NCBI GenBank assembly: GCA_036397015.1 | Contig: DASWJT010000008.1 | Coordinates: forward strand, 21,074 to 85,073 | Length of the DNA: 64,000 nt | Reading direction: 5' to 3' | From: Thermoanaerobaculia bacterium | Lineage (GTDB): Bacteria; Acidobacteriota; Thermoanaerobaculia; Multivoradales; JAGPDF01 | In this document: one piece after another, positions 18,864-28,217 of the stretch | Layout: the number at the start of each line of letters is the position of its first letter | Numbering within the stretch: the stretch's first letter is position 1 | Position numbers and translations under genes: made by a program | The notes under the pieces: model-generated | Seen by the model: only the letters and a program-made list of their open reading frames with translations | What the model was told of the DNA's origin: nothing | Database searches by the model: none

Positions 18864-20612
18864 ATGCCGCGCCTGCGCCTGCGCTCGCTCTTCTTCCTCC
18901 TCCTCGTCGCGCTCGGCGTCGTCCCCCTGGCGGTGGCCAGCGCCTGGCTCGTGCAGCAGAACCGCGAGCTGCTGGTGACCGAGGAGAAGCGCTACCTCAC
19001 GCAGTCGGCCCAGTCGCTGTCGCGCGAGATCAACAACTTCCTGCTCGGCGTGCGCCGGCCGCTGCACCAGCTCGGCGTCACGCTGCTGACGGCGTCGACC
19101 GAGAGCGTGCCCGAGGCGCGGCTGCGCGAGCCGTGGATCGGCGCCTATCTCCACCGCTTCGTCATCGAGAACCCCAACTTGCTCGCGCTGCGCGTGCTGA
19201 CGCCGAGCGGCGCCGGGCCGCGACTGGCGCCGCCCGACCTGCCGCCCGAGCTCTCCGAGGCGCTCGACCAGGCCTTCGAGGAGGCGCGCACCGAGCGCCG
19301 GCCGGTGTGGCGCTTCGCGCTCGCCCCCGAGAGCAACGAGCCGGTCGCCGCACTCGCCGTGCCGGTCGCGGACGCGGCGGGCGAAACGGCGTTCGTCGTC
19401 GAGGTGATTAGCCGCCTGCGCCTGGTCGAGACCGTCTTCGAGCGCGAGGCGACGGCGCGCGCCGCCGTCTTCCTGGTCGGCGAGGGCGGCCGCCTGCTGT
19501 GGGCCGAGGGCGCCGACGAGGCCTCGCGCCGGGCCCTGGCGCGTTCGCAGCTGCTCGCCGATTTCGCCCGCAAGCCGCTGCTGCTGACGGCGGAGTACTC
19601 GGTCGAGACGGTGGACGGACCGGTCGAGATGCTGGGCCTGGTGAGCCCGGTGGAGGAGACCGGCTGGGGGGTGGTGGTGCACAAGCCGACGACCGCGGCG
19701 TTCGAGTCGGCGGACCGCATGGTCACCTCGGCGGCGCTGGTCAGCCTGGTGTTGCTGGCGACGGCGACGGTGCTCGGGCTGTTCGTTTCGCGGCGCATCG
19801 GCATCACGGTGCGGCGCCTGACGCGCACGACGCACGAGATCGCGGAGGGCAGCTTCGGGCGGCGCATCCCCGACGATCTGTTCGTCTTCGAGTTCTCCCA
19901 GCTCGCCGCCGATTTCAACCGCATGAGCGGCCACGTCGAGGAGCACATCGAGCGCCTGCGTGCGGCGGCGAGGCTCAATCGCGACCTCTTCATCAGCTCG
20001 ATTCGCGCCTTCGCGGCGGCCATCGACGCCAAGGATCCGTACACCCGCGGCCACTCCGAGCGCGTCGCCGAGCTGGCGCGTTCGATCGCGCGGCATCTCG
20101 GCCAGAGCGACGAGTTCCAACAGCGCGTGTGGATCGGCGCCCTGCTCCACGACGTGGGCAAGATCGGGGTCGAGGACCGCATCCTGCGCAAGGGCGGCGT
20201 GCTTTCGCCCGCCGAGTTCGAGCTGATGAAGGCCCATCCGACGATCGGCGCCGAGATCCTGGCGCCGATCGAGCAGCTGCGCGACATGCTGCCGATCGTG
20301 CGCTGGCACCACGAAAACTGGAACGGCCGCGGCTACCCCGACGCCCTGCGCGGCGACGAGATCCCGCTCTCGGCGCGCATCGTCGCGGTGGCCGACTGCT
20401 ACGATGCGGTGACCACGGACCGGCCGTACCAGGCGGCGTATCAGCCGCGCTACGCCGCCGAGGTCATCACCAAGCTCGCCGGCTCGCGCTTCGACGCCAA
20501 GGTAGTCACCGCGTTCCTGCGCGCCTTCGAGCTCGGTGACCTGGTGCAGCAGGTCGGCGCCGAGTCGTCGACGGCGAGCGAGATCGAGCTGCCGGCGACG
20601 GCGAACGTGTGA
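18864..20612 (+). CDS. Membrane sensor (Cache-like/HAMP) HD-GYP c-di-GMP phosphodiesterase
   Basis: This lies within ORF 18063..20612. ATG 18864 gives MPRLRLRSLFFLLLVALGVVPLAV (TM segment); an in-frame GTG at 18807 is an alternative start. A second TM and a HAMP domain follow. The HD-GYP domain reads RGHSERVA...LLHDVGKIGV...RWHHENWNGRGYPD. Confidence 0.85.
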   Translation: MPRLRLRSLFFLLLVALGVVPLAVASAWLVQQNRELLVTEEKRYLTQSAQSLSREINNFLLGVRRPLHQLGVTLLTASTESVPEARLREPWIGAYLHRFVIENPNLLALRVLTPSGAGPRLAPPDLPPELSEALDQAFEEARTERRPVWRFALAPESNEPVAALAVPVADAAGETAFVVEVISRLRLVETVFEREATARAAVFLVGEGGRLLWAEGADEASRRALARSQLLADFARKPLLLTAEYSVETVDGPVEMLGLVSPVEETGWGVVVHKPTTAAFESADRMVTSAALVSLVLLATATVLGLFVSRRIGITVRRLTRTTHEIAEGSFGRRIPDDLFVFEFSQLAADFNRMSGHVEEHIERLRAAARLNRDLFISSIRAFAAAIDAKDPYTRGHSERVAELARSIARHLGQSDEFQQRVWIGALLHDVGKIGVEDRILRKGGVLSPAEFELMKAHPTIGAEILAPIEQLRDMLPIVRWHHENWNGRGYPDALRGDEIPLSARIVAVADCYDAVTTDRPYQAAYQPRYAAEVITKLAGSRFDAKVVTAFLRAFELGDLVQQVGAESSTASEIELPATANV

Positions 20613-20627
20613 GGCGGAGAGCGAACG

Positions 20628-20999
20628 ATGCCCTATCAATACATCCTGGCCAATCTACTGGCGCGCAACCCCGGCGCGGTGGGCGTGCTCTTCGTCGACG
20701 ACAGCGGCGAGACCGTCGACCTCGCCTGCGCCGACTTCACGCCCTTCCAACTGCGCGTCGTGGGCGCCTACGTCGGCATCTACCTCCGCCAGATGCAGGC
20801 TTTCTTGGGCGAGGGCGGGCACGGCGACGCGCGCTGGCTGCACATCCACAAGGATCGCCTGCACATCTACGTGGCGCCGCTCCCCGACGGCTACTTCCTC
20901 GTCCTCGTGCAGCGCTCGCCGGCGCTCTCGGCGGCGGCGCGGCGCAGCCTCGGGGACGCTTGCGAGCAGCTGACGCGAGAGCTCTTCGCCTCCGCCTGA
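20628..20999 (+). CDS. Roadblock/LC7 (MglB-like) domain protein
   Basis: The 123-aa ORF reads MPYQYILANLLARNPGAVGVLFVDDSGETVD...HIYVAPLPDGYFLVLV. This matches the Roadblock/LC7 pattern as I recall it. Its stop overlaps the ftsY ATG (ATGA). Confidence 0.7.
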   Translation: MPYQYILANLLARNPGAVGVLFVDDSGETVDLACADFTPFQLRVVGAYVGIYLRQMQAFLGEGGHGDARWLHIHKDRLHIYVAPLPDGYFLVLVQRSPALSAAARRSLGDACEQLTRELFASA

Positions 21000-21916
21000 T
21001 GCCGACGGCGGAGGGGCTGTGGGGGAAGGTCCGCAGCGGGCTGGCGCGGACGCAGGAGCGGCTCTCGGAGCGGCTGGGCGCCGCGCTCGACCTGCCGGCG
21101 CAGCTCGACGAGGCGACGCTCGCCGAGCTCGAGGAGGCACTGCTCGCCGCCGACCTCGGCGTCGCCACGACCGCGCTGCTGCTCGCCAGGCTGCGCGAGC
21201 GGGCGCGGCGCGCGGATGCCGCACGGCCCGAGCGGCTGCGCGAGCAGTTGCGCGAGGAGATCGCGCGGCTGCTCGCCGAGTCGCCGGACCCGCCGGCGGA
21301 GCGCTGGCCGCGCGTCACGCTGGTGGTGGGCGTCAACGGCGCGGGCAAGACGACTTCGATCGCCAAGCTGGCGCGCCGCGACCTCGCCGCCGGGCGCCGG
21401 GTGCTGCTCGCCGCCGGCGACACCTTCCGCGCCGCCGCCGTCGAGCAGCTCGCTCTGTGGGGGGAACGGCTCGGCGTCGAGGTCGTGCGGCAGGCGGCCG
21501 GGACGGATCCGGCGGCGGTCGTCTTCGACGCCGTGCAGCGGGCGCGCGCGCGCGGGGTCGACCATCTGATCGTCGACACCGCCGGCCGTCTGCACAACAA
21601 GGAGCAGCTCATGGCCGAGCTCGCCAAGGTACAGCGCGTGATCGAGCGCGAGGCGCCGGGCTGGAGCGCCCGCACGCTGCTCGTGCTCGACGCCACCACC
21701 GGCCAGAACGGGCTGGCGCAGGCCCGCGGGTTCCTCACCGCGGCGCTCGCCGACGGCGTCTTCCTCACCAAGCTCGACGGCACGGCGCGCGGCGGCGTGG
21801 TGGTGGCGGTGGCGCGCGAGCTGCGCCTGCCGGTGCTCTACCTCGGGGTCGGCGAGACGGCCGACGACCTCGTCGAGTTCGAGCCGCAGGAGTTCGCCGC
21901 TGCGCTCCTCCGCTGA
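20999..21916 (+). CDS. ftsY: Signal recognition particle receptor FtsY (short form, NG domain only)
   Basis: ATG 20999 in ORF 20609..21916. It contains GVNGAGKTTSIAKLA, AAGDTFRAAAVEQL, DTAGRLHN and TKLDGTARGG. Confidence 0.93.
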   Translation: MPTAEGLWGKVRSGLARTQERLSERLGAALDLPAQLDEATLAELEEALLAADLGVATTALLLARLRERARRADAARPERLREQLREEIARLLAESPDPPAERWPRVTLVVGVNGAGKTTSIAKLARRDLAAGRRVLLAAGDTFRAAAVEQLALWGERLGVEVVRQAAGTDPAAVVFDAVQRARARGVDHLIVDTAGRLHNKEQLMAELAKVQRVIEREAPGWSARTLLVLDATTGQNGLAQARGFLTAALADGVFLTKLDGTARGGVVVAVARELRLPVLYLGVGETADDLVEFEPQEFAAALLR

Positions 21917-21932
21917 CCCCGTCGCGCGCGCC

Positions 21933-23024
21933 GTGCGGCGGGCGCTCGTGCTCGCCGGGCGCGGCGCCGCCACCGCGGCGCCCAACCCGAAGGTCGGCGC
22001 CGTCGTGCTCGCGGCCGACGGCCGCGCGCTCGGGGAGGGCTGGCACGAGCGCGCCGGCGGGCCGCACGCTGAGGTCGTGGCGCTCGCCGCCGCGGGGGAA
22101 TCGGCGCGCGGAGCGACGCTCGTCGTGACGCTCGAGCCGTGCGCGCACACCGGCCGCACGGCGCCCTGCGTCGACGCCGTGCTGGCGGCGGGGATCCGCC
22201 GCGTCGTTGCCTGTCACCGCGACCCGGATCCGCGCACCTGCGGGGCGGGATTCGCGCGCTTGGCCGCGGCCGGCGTCGAAGTCACGAGCGGAGCGGAAGC
22301 CGAGCGCGCCATCGAGCTCAACCTGCCGTATCTCGTGCAGCGCGTCCTCGGCCGCCCGGCAGTGACCCTCAAGTGGGCGGCGTCGCTCGACGGCAAGATC
22401 GCCACCGCCGCAGGCGAGAGCCGCTGGATCACCGGCCCCAGGGCGCGGCGGCGGGCGCTCGAGCTGCGCGAGGAGCACGACGTAATCCTCGTCGGTTCGG
22501 GCACGGTGCTGGCCGACGATCCGCGCCTGACGCGCCGCCTCGGCCGCGCGCCGGGGCCGATCGTGCGCGTCGTCCTCGATCGCCGACTGCGCCTGCCGGC
22601 CTCGGCGCGCCTGCTGCGCGAGCCCGGTCCGCTGCTCGTGTACACTGAAAGCGAGGACGTGGAGCGCGGCGCGCCACTCGCCGCGGCGGGCGCCGAGATC
22701 GTGACCCTCGCCCGCGTCGAACCGGGCGCCGTCCTCGCCGATCTCGCCCGGCGCGAGGTGCAGAGCGTACTGGTGGAGGGCGGCGGCGAAGTGGCGGCGA
22801 GCTTCCTCGAGACCGGACTCTGGGACCGCGCCGTGGCCTTCGTCGCGCCGCTCCTCGTCGGCGGTGCGCGCGCGCCGACGCCGCTCGGCGGCGCCGGCAG
22901 CGAGCGACTGGCGGCGGCAGCGGGCGTCGCGCGGCTGCGCGTCCGGCGGCACGGGAGCGACCTCGAGCTGACGGGGATTCGGGAGCGATGTTTACGGGAA
23001 TTGTCGTCGAGCGTGGGCGTCTGA
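21933..23024 (+). CDS. ribD: Bifunctional riboflavin biosynthesis deaminase/reductase RibD
   Basis: The 363-aa ORF has the deaminase zinc motif HAEVVAL...TLEPCAHTGRTAPC. The reductase half reads KWAASLDGKIA...ILVGSGTVLADDPRLT. Confidence 0.92.
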   Translation: MRRALVLAGRGAATAAPNPKVGAVVLAADGRALGEGWHERAGGPHAEVVALAAAGESARGATLVVTLEPCAHTGRTAPCVDAVLAAGIRRVVACHRDPDPRTCGAGFARLAAAGVEVTSGAEAERAIELNLPYLVQRVLGRPAVTLKWAASLDGKIATAAGESRWITGPRARRRALELREEHDVILVGSGTVLADDPRLTRRLGRAPGPIVRVVLDRRLRLPASARLLREPGPLLVYTESEDVERGAPLAAAGAEIVTLARVEPGAVLADLARREVQSVLVEGGGEVAASFLETGLWDRAVAFVAPLLVGGARAPTPLGGAGSERLAAAAGVARLRVRRHGSDLELTGIRERCLRELSSSVGV

Positions 23025-23608
23025 TCTCGGCGCCACGCCCCTCTCGCGAGGGCGGCGTGCGGCTCGACATCGCGCACTCGCCGGAGCTCGGCGCGCGCCT
23101 CGGCGTCGGCGCCAGCCTGGCGGTGGCGGGCGTCTGCCTGACGCTCGTCGAGAGCGAGCCGAGCCGTTCCCGGGTCGAGCTCTCGCCCGAGACGCTCGCC
23201 CGCACCCGGCTCGGGCGGTTCGAGAAGGGCGACGAAGTCAACCTCGAGCCGCCGCTGCGCGCCGGCGACGCCTTGGGAGGCCACTGGGTGCAGGGCCACG
23301 TCGACGGTCTCGTGCGCCTCAAGGTGCGCCGCGATCACGCGGAACATTCGACCTTCACCCTCGAGGTGCCGCGCGCGCTCGAGCGCTGGGTCACCGAGAA
23401 GGGCTCGGTGGCGCTCGACGGCGTCTCGCTCACCGTCGCGGCGGTGGGCGAGCGCGAGTTCGACGTCGCGCTCGTCCCGCACACCCTCGCTGTCACGACC
23501 CTCGGCGCCGCCGCGCCGGGACAGCGCCTCCACTTCGAGGCCGACATCCTGGCGAAGTACGTCGATCGCGCGCTCGCGGCGCGCGGCCTCGCCGCGGACC
23601 GCGCGTGA
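22988..23608 (+). CDS. ribE: Riboflavin synthase alpha chain
   Basis: The 206-aa ORF starts MFTGIVVERG and has a duplicated barrel (GASLAVAGVCLT / GSVALDGVSLTV). It overlaps the ribD 3' end by 37 nt. Confidence 0.9.
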   Translation: MFTGIVVERGRLISAPRPSREGGVRLDIAHSPELGARLGVGASLAVAGVCLTLVESEPSRSRVELSPETLARTRLGRFEKGDEVNLEPPLRAGDALGGHWVQGHVDGLVRLKVRRDHAEHSTFTLEVPRALERWVTEKGSVALDGVSLTVAAVGEREFDVALVPHTLAVTTLGAAAPGQRLHFEADILAKYVDRALAARGLAADRA

Positions 23609-24567
23609 GTTGGCGCGCGGTCGATCCATCGCCGTTCCGCGGTTGGATCCGCTGGGCGCCGCGAAGCTGGTCGGCGGCGCCGCTCGCACATCTCGACCTG
23701 GCGACGCACCGTCTCGCCTGGCCCGCCGCGGACGCCTGCGCCGGCGGCTTGCCGGCGGCGCCCCCCGACCAGCCGGGCCTCGCCTACCTGCCGCCCGTGG
23801 CGACCGAAGAGCGGGCGCGCCTCGCGGCCCTCGCGCTCGAGCTCGCCGCCGCCGGCTCGGCGTCGGCGGCGCACGAAGGCGCGACGGGTGAGCCGGGCGC
23901 CGGTTCTCCGGCGGCGCGTTGGGTGGATCCTCTCGCCGCGTGGCTCGCGGGGACGAGCGCGGCGACGTGGCGCGGGGCGGTGAGCCGTCTCCCCGCGCCC
24001 CTGCACGTCGCGGTGCCCCTCGCGGCGGGTCTGACTCCGGCGGGCGAGGAGCTCGCGGCGTGGCTCGACGCCTTCGCCGCGCTCTCGCCGGCGGCCGTGG
24101 TCGGCGTCTCCGCGGTGCTCACGCCCGCCGACCGGCGCCGGCTGGTCGAGCGCCTGGGAGAGAGCTCGTTCGAGGAGATCTTCCACGGCGCGGCGCCGAG
24201 CGAGGGCGATTTCGCGCGCCTCGTCGCGGCGCATGGCCTGCGGCCCCTGCCGGCGCGTCCCGCATTGCCGGGCCTGTCGCCGCGCGCGGCGCGCAATCAG
24301 GAGCTGTCTGGCGCGCTGTGGGAGGCGGCGGAGCTCGCCCTGCGGCTGGCGGCGCCGGAGGCCGAGTGCGTCGCCCTCTTCGCCGCCGCGCGCCACCTCG
24401 AGACGAGCTCGCTCGACATTTCGGCGCTGGCGCGCGAAGGCAATCTCGCCGTGCTCGGCTGGCTGCAGCCGGCCGCCCGCGGGCCGGTGGAGGAGCTGCT
24501 CTCGACCGGCGCGAGCGCCCGCCTCGAAGCGCTGCGCGGCGCCTGGAGCGGAGGGCGCTCCGCGTGA
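23605..24567 (+). CDS. Hypothetical Ala/Leu-rich protein (no recognisable family)
   Basis: The 320-aa ORF has a start that overlaps the ribE stop (GTGA) and a stop that overlaps the hemW start (GTGA). This suggests a translated, coupled gene. Its composition is still close to what high-GC noise could give. Confidence 0.45.
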   Translation: MSWRAVDPSPFRGWIRWAPRSWSAAPLAHLDLATHRLAWPAADACAGGLPAAPPDQPGLAYLPPVATEERARLAALALELAAAGSASAAHEGATGEPGAGSPAARWVDPLAAWLAGTSAATWRGAVSRLPAPLHVAVPLAAGLTPAGEELAAWLDAFAALSPAAVVGVSAVLTPADRRRLVERLGESSFEEIFHGAAPSEGDFARLVAAHGLRPLPARPALPGLSPRAARNQELSGALWEAAELALRLAAPEAECVALFAAARHLETSSLDISALAREGNLAVLGWLQPAARGPVEELLSTGASARLEALRGAWSGGRSA

Positions 24568-25664
24568 GCCACGCGCTCGGCGTCTACGTCCACGTGCCGT
24601 TCTGCCGCACGCGCTGCCGCTACTGCGACTTCTATCGCGTCGGCGAGCACCGCGGGCGCATGGACCGCTTCGTCGCGGCGCTCGGCTGCGAGATCGACGG
24701 CTCGCCGGAGCTCGACGGCGCACGCGTCGAGACGGTCTTCTTCGGCGGCGGCACGCCATCGCTGCTGGCGCCGGCCGAGATCGGAGCGATTCTCGCTCGC
24801 CTCGCGCGGCGCTGCCGGCTCGCCGCCGACGCCGAGGTCACGGCCGAGGCGAATCCCTCGGATCTCGATCTCGCCACACTGCGCGCGCTGCGCGCCGCGG
24901 GCGTCAACCGTCTCTCGGTCGGCGTCCAGTCGTTCGCCGACCGCGAGCTCGCCCTGATCGGCCGCCGTCACGACGCCGAGTGCGCTGCGCGCGTCGTCGC
25001 GGAGGCGCGCGCGGCGGGCTTCGACAATCTGTCGCTCGACCTCATGGTCGGCATCCCGGCGCAGACCGCCGGCAGCTTCACGCGCTCGCTCGAGCGCGCC
25101 ATCGCGCTCGCTCCCGACCACGTCAGCCTCTACCTGCTCGAGGTGCACGCCGGCTCCGAGCTCGACTTCCTGCGCCGCGAGCGCCCGGCGCTCTTTGCCG
25201 GCGACGAGGCGCAGCGGCGCCGCTACCTGCGCCTGCGCGAGCGCCTGGTCGCCGCCGGCTACCGGCACTACGAGATCTCCAACTTCGCGCGACCCGGGCA
25301 CGAATGCCGTCACAACCTGCGCTACTGGCGCTGCGAAGAGTGGCTCGGGCTCGGCCCGGCGGCGCACTCGCACGTCGGCGGACGGCGCTTCCGCCACCGG
25401 CCCGACCTCGACGCGTGGAGCGCCGATCCCCTGGCCTTCGAGGAGCTGCCGATCGAACCCGCTGCCGAACGCGTCTTCCTCGGCTTGCGCCTCGCCGAGG
25501 GCATCGAGGAGGCGTGGCTCGCCGCGGCCGGCATCGACACCGCCGAGGCGGGCCGCCGTCTCGCGCGCCTCGCCCCCTTCGTCGAGCGCGACGCCGGTCG
25601 CGTCCGCCTCAACGCCGACGGTTACCTGGTCTCGAACGCCGTCCTCGCCGAGCTGCTGCGCTGA
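24564..25664 (+). CDS. hemW: Radical SAM heme chaperone HemW / oxygen-independent coproporphyrinogen-III oxidase-like
   Basis: An in-frame GTG at 24564 in ORF 23919..25664 gives VSHALGVYVHVPFCRTRCRYCDF (CxxxCxxC). It also has FFGGGTPS, ANP..., and the HemN_C-like tail RYWRCEEWLGLGPAAHS. Confidence 0.88.
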   Translation: MSHALGVYVHVPFCRTRCRYCDFYRVGEHRGRMDRFVAALGCEIDGSPELDGARVETVFFGGGTPSLLAPAEIGAILARLARRCRLAADAEVTAEANPSDLDLATLRALRAAGVNRLSVGVQSFADRELALIGRRHDAECAARVVAEARAAGFDNLSLDLMVGIPAQTAGSFTRSLERAIALAPDHVSLYLLEVHAGSELDFLRRERPALFAGDEAQRRRYLRLRERLVAAGYRHYEISNFARPGHECRHNLRYWRCEEWLGLGPAAHSHVGGRRFRHRPDLDAWSADPLAFEELPIEPAAERVFLGLRLAEGIEEAWLAAAGIDTAEAGRRLARLAPFVERDAGRVRLNADGYLVSNAVLAELLR

Positions 25665-25693
25665 GGCGCGCCGTCCGAGCTAGGCTCTCGCGA

Positions 25694-26734
25694 ATGGACG
25701 CGATCGATCTGCGCTCCGACACGATGACGCGCCCCGACGCGGCGATGCGCCGCGCCATGGCCGATGCGGAGGTGGGCGACGACGTCTGGAGGGAGGACCC
25801 GACCGTCCGCCGGCTCGAGGAGGAATCGGCCGCGGCGATGGGAATGGCGGCCGCACTCTTCGTGCCCTCCGGCATCATGGGCAATTCGCTCGGCCTCGGG
25901 CTCCACGCGCCGCGCGGCTCCGAGATCCTCTGCGACCACCGCGCGCACATCCTCTATTACGAGTCGGGCGCGCCGGCGGCGATCTGGGGGCTGCTCGGCC
26001 GCCCGCTGCCGTCGGTCGACGGGCTGCCGTCGCTGGACACCTTCCGCGCCGCCTACTCGACGCGAGAAGGACAGCGGGTGCCGACCGGCGTGATCGCGCT
26101 CGAGAACAGTCACAACGTCGCCGGTGGCCGCGTCTACGGACGCGACCGGCTCGCTCCGATCGTGGCGTTCGCGCGCGAGCGGGCGATCCCGCTCCATCTC
26201 GACGGGGCGCGGATCTGGAACGCGGCGGTGGCGCTCGAGACGACGCCAGCGAAGCTGGTCGAGGGGTTCACGACGGTCAGCTTCTGCCTCTCGAAGGGGC
26301 TCGGCGCGCCGGTCGGCTCGCTGCTCTGCGCCGCGGCCGACGCGATCGAGGAGGCGCGCGACCGGCGGCGCTTGCTCGGCGGCGCCATGCGGCAGGCGGG
26401 AGTGCTCGCCGCCGCCGGCCTCGTCGCCCTGCGCGACGGTCCGGGGCGCCTCGCCCTCGACCACCGCCACGCCGGTCTCCTCGCCGAGGCGGCGGCGGCG
26501 AACGACGGGCTCGAGATCGACCTCGCCACGGTCGAGAGCAACATCGTGATCTTCCGCGTGCGCCGGCGGCCGGGCGAGACCGAGCCCGGGAACCGGTGGG
26601 TCGTCGAGGCCGAGCGCGAGGGCGTGCTCTCCAGCACGATGAGCGCCGACGAAGTCCGCCTCGTGACCCACCGCGATCTCGACCGCGCCGCGATCGACCG
26701 CGCCTGCGACGTGATCCGGCGGCTCGCCGCCTGA
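25694..26734 (+). CDS. ltaE: Low-specificity L-threonine aldolase (PLP)
   Basis: ATG 25694 in ORF 24233..26734 gives MDAIDLRSDTMTRPDAAMRRAMADAEVGDDVWREDPTV...ENSHN...FCLSKGLGAPVGS. Confidence 0.85.
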   Translation: MDAIDLRSDTMTRPDAAMRRAMADAEVGDDVWREDPTVRRLEEESAAAMGMAAALFVPSGIMGNSLGLGLHAPRGSEILCDHRAHILYYESGAPAAIWGLLGRPLPSVDGLPSLDTFRAAYSTREGQRVPTGVIALENSHNVAGGRVYGRDRLAPIVAFARERAIPLHLDGARIWNAAVALETTPAKLVEGFTTVSFCLSKGLGAPVGSLLCAAADAIEEARDRRRLLGGAMRQAGVLAAAGLVALRDGPGRLALDHRHAGLLAEAAAANDGLEIDLATVESNIVIFRVRRRPGETEPGNRWVVEAEREGVLSSTMSADEVRLVTHRDLDRAAIDRACDVIRRLAA

Positions 26735-26746
26735 AGGGGAACCGAG

Positions 26747-27229
26747 ATGAAGATCCGCGAGCGACTCCGCGAGCTCGGGCTGGAGCTGCCACGCCCACTC
26801 GTTCTGCCTCCGGGAGTGACCCTGCCGTTCCCCTGGGTTCGCGTCCGAGGAAAGCGCGCCTTCGTCTCCGGCCACGGTGCGACAGAGGCCGACGGGACGT
26901 TGGCCGAGCCACTCGGCAAGGTCGGGCGCGACGTCACGCTCGAGCAGGCCCAGCACGCGGCGCGCCTCACCGGGCTCGCCATCCTCGGTAGCCTCGAGCG
27001 CGAGCTGGGCGACCTCGACCGCGTCACCGCCTGGCTGCGCGTGCTCGGCATGGTGAACGCGGCGCCGGGCTTCGACCGCATGCCGGCGGTGATCAACGGC
27101 TTCAGCGAGCTGGTCGTCGAGCTGTTCGGCCCCGAGCGCGGGCGCCACGCCCGCTCGGCGGTCGGGATGGCCGAGCTGCCGTTCGGCATGCCGGTTGAGA
27201 TCGAGGCCGAGGTCGAGATCGATGGCTGA
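26747..27229 (+). CDS. Rid (YjgF/YER057c/UK114) family protein, longer paralogue
   Basis: The 160-aa ORF reads ...AFVSGHGA...RHARSAVGMAELPFGMPVEIEAEVEI. This is a Rid-fold C-terminal signature with the conserved Arg. Confidence 0.75.
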   Translation: MKIRERLRELGLELPRPLVLPPGVTLPFPWVRVRGKRAFVSGHGATEADGTLAEPLGKVGRDVTLEQAQHAARLTGLAILGSLERELGDLDRVTAWLRVLGMVNAAPGFDRMPAVINGFSELVVELFGPERGRHARSAVGMAELPFGMPVEIEAEVEIDG

Positions 27230-28217
27230 GCGGGCGGGCGAAGCCCCTCCGGTCCGTCCGGTGACGCTCGACGAGATCCGCGCGGCGCGTGAACGGATCG
27301 CCGGCACGATCGTGCGCACGCCGCTCGTCCGCCTGCCGCGCGGCGAAGGCGAGCCCGAAATCCACTTGAAGCTCGAGAATCTGCAGCCGATCAACGCCTA
27401 CAAGCTGCGCGGCGCGGCGAACGCCGTCGCCCGGCTCGGCGATGCCGAGCGGCGGCGCGGCGTCTGGACGATCAGCGCCGGCAATGCCGGGCAGGGTGTC
27501 GCTTACGCGGCCCGGCAGGTGGGCGTGCCCTGCACGGTGGTGGCGATCGAAACCGCCCCGGTGGCCAAGCTCGAGCGGATGCGCGCGCTCGGGGCGCGGC
27601 TGGTGCTGGTCTCCTACGACGCCGCCTGGAATGCGCTCGAGGCGCGCGCCTATCCGGGAGTCGAAGGGACGTTCATCCATCCGTTCGACGACCACGACTT
27701 CATCGCCGGCCACGCCACGATGGGGCTCGAGATCCTGGAAGACCTGCCGGAGACGGCGGCGATCGTCGCGGCGATCGGCGGCGGCGGGCTGATCACCGGC
27801 GTGGGCAGCGCGGTCAGGGCGCTGCGGCCCGCGATCCGACTGCTCGGAGCCGAGCCGGAAACCGCGGCGCCGCTGGCGAGGTCGCTCCGCGAGCGGTCGC
27901 CGTGCACCTTCCCCGACTGGCAGGCTTCGTTCGTCGATGGCGCCGGGGGCAAGAGCGTCTTCCCTCGCATGTGGCAGCGGATGGAGCCGCTGGTCGACGG
28001 CTCGATCGTTGTCTCCCTGGAGGAGACGAAGCGCGCGATGCGCCGGCTGGCCGAGCAGGTGCGGGTGATCGCCGAAGGGGCGGGCGCCCTCTCGGTCGCC
28101 GCGGCGCTGACGGGGCAGGCCGGTCCCGGTCCGATCGTCGCCGTCGTCTCCGGCGGCAACATCGACCTCGACCGGTTCGCCGAGCTGATCGGCGTCGGCG
28201 GCCGGGCGGGCGCCTAG
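27222..28217 (+). CDS. PLP-dependent threonine/serine dehydratase family enzyme (no ACT regulatory domain)
   Basis: ATG 27222 in ORF 27195..28217. It contains TPLVRL...HLKLENLQPINAYKLRGA (PLP-lysine motif region), SAGNAGQGVAYAA, and GGGGLITG (the phosphate-binding glycine loop). Confidence 0.8.
   Translation: MAERAGEAPPVRPVTLDEIRAARERIAGTIVRTPLVRLPRGEGEPEIHLKLENLQPINAYKLRGAANAVARLGDAERRRGVWTISAGNAGQGVAYAARQVGVPCTVVAIETAPVAKLERMRALGARLVLVSYDAAWNALEARAYPGVEGTFIHPFDDHDFIAGHATMGLEILEDLPETAAIVAAIGGGGLITGVGSAVRALRPAIRLLGAEPETAAPLARSLRERSPCTFPDWQASFVDGAGGKSVFPRMWQRMEPLVDGSIVVSLEETKRAMRRLAEQVRVIAEGAGALSVAAALTGQAGPGPIVAVVSGGNIDLDRFAELIGVGGRAGA

Noticed and set aside
21917-21932. I looked for an FMN riboswitch upstream of ribD-ribE. 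I also looked for T-box or other leaders upstream of hisS, aspS and lysS.
   Set aside because: Only 16 nt separate ftsY from ribD. The spacers before the aaRS genes (103, 98 and 34 nt) are too short and lack specifier or terminator/antiterminator architecture.
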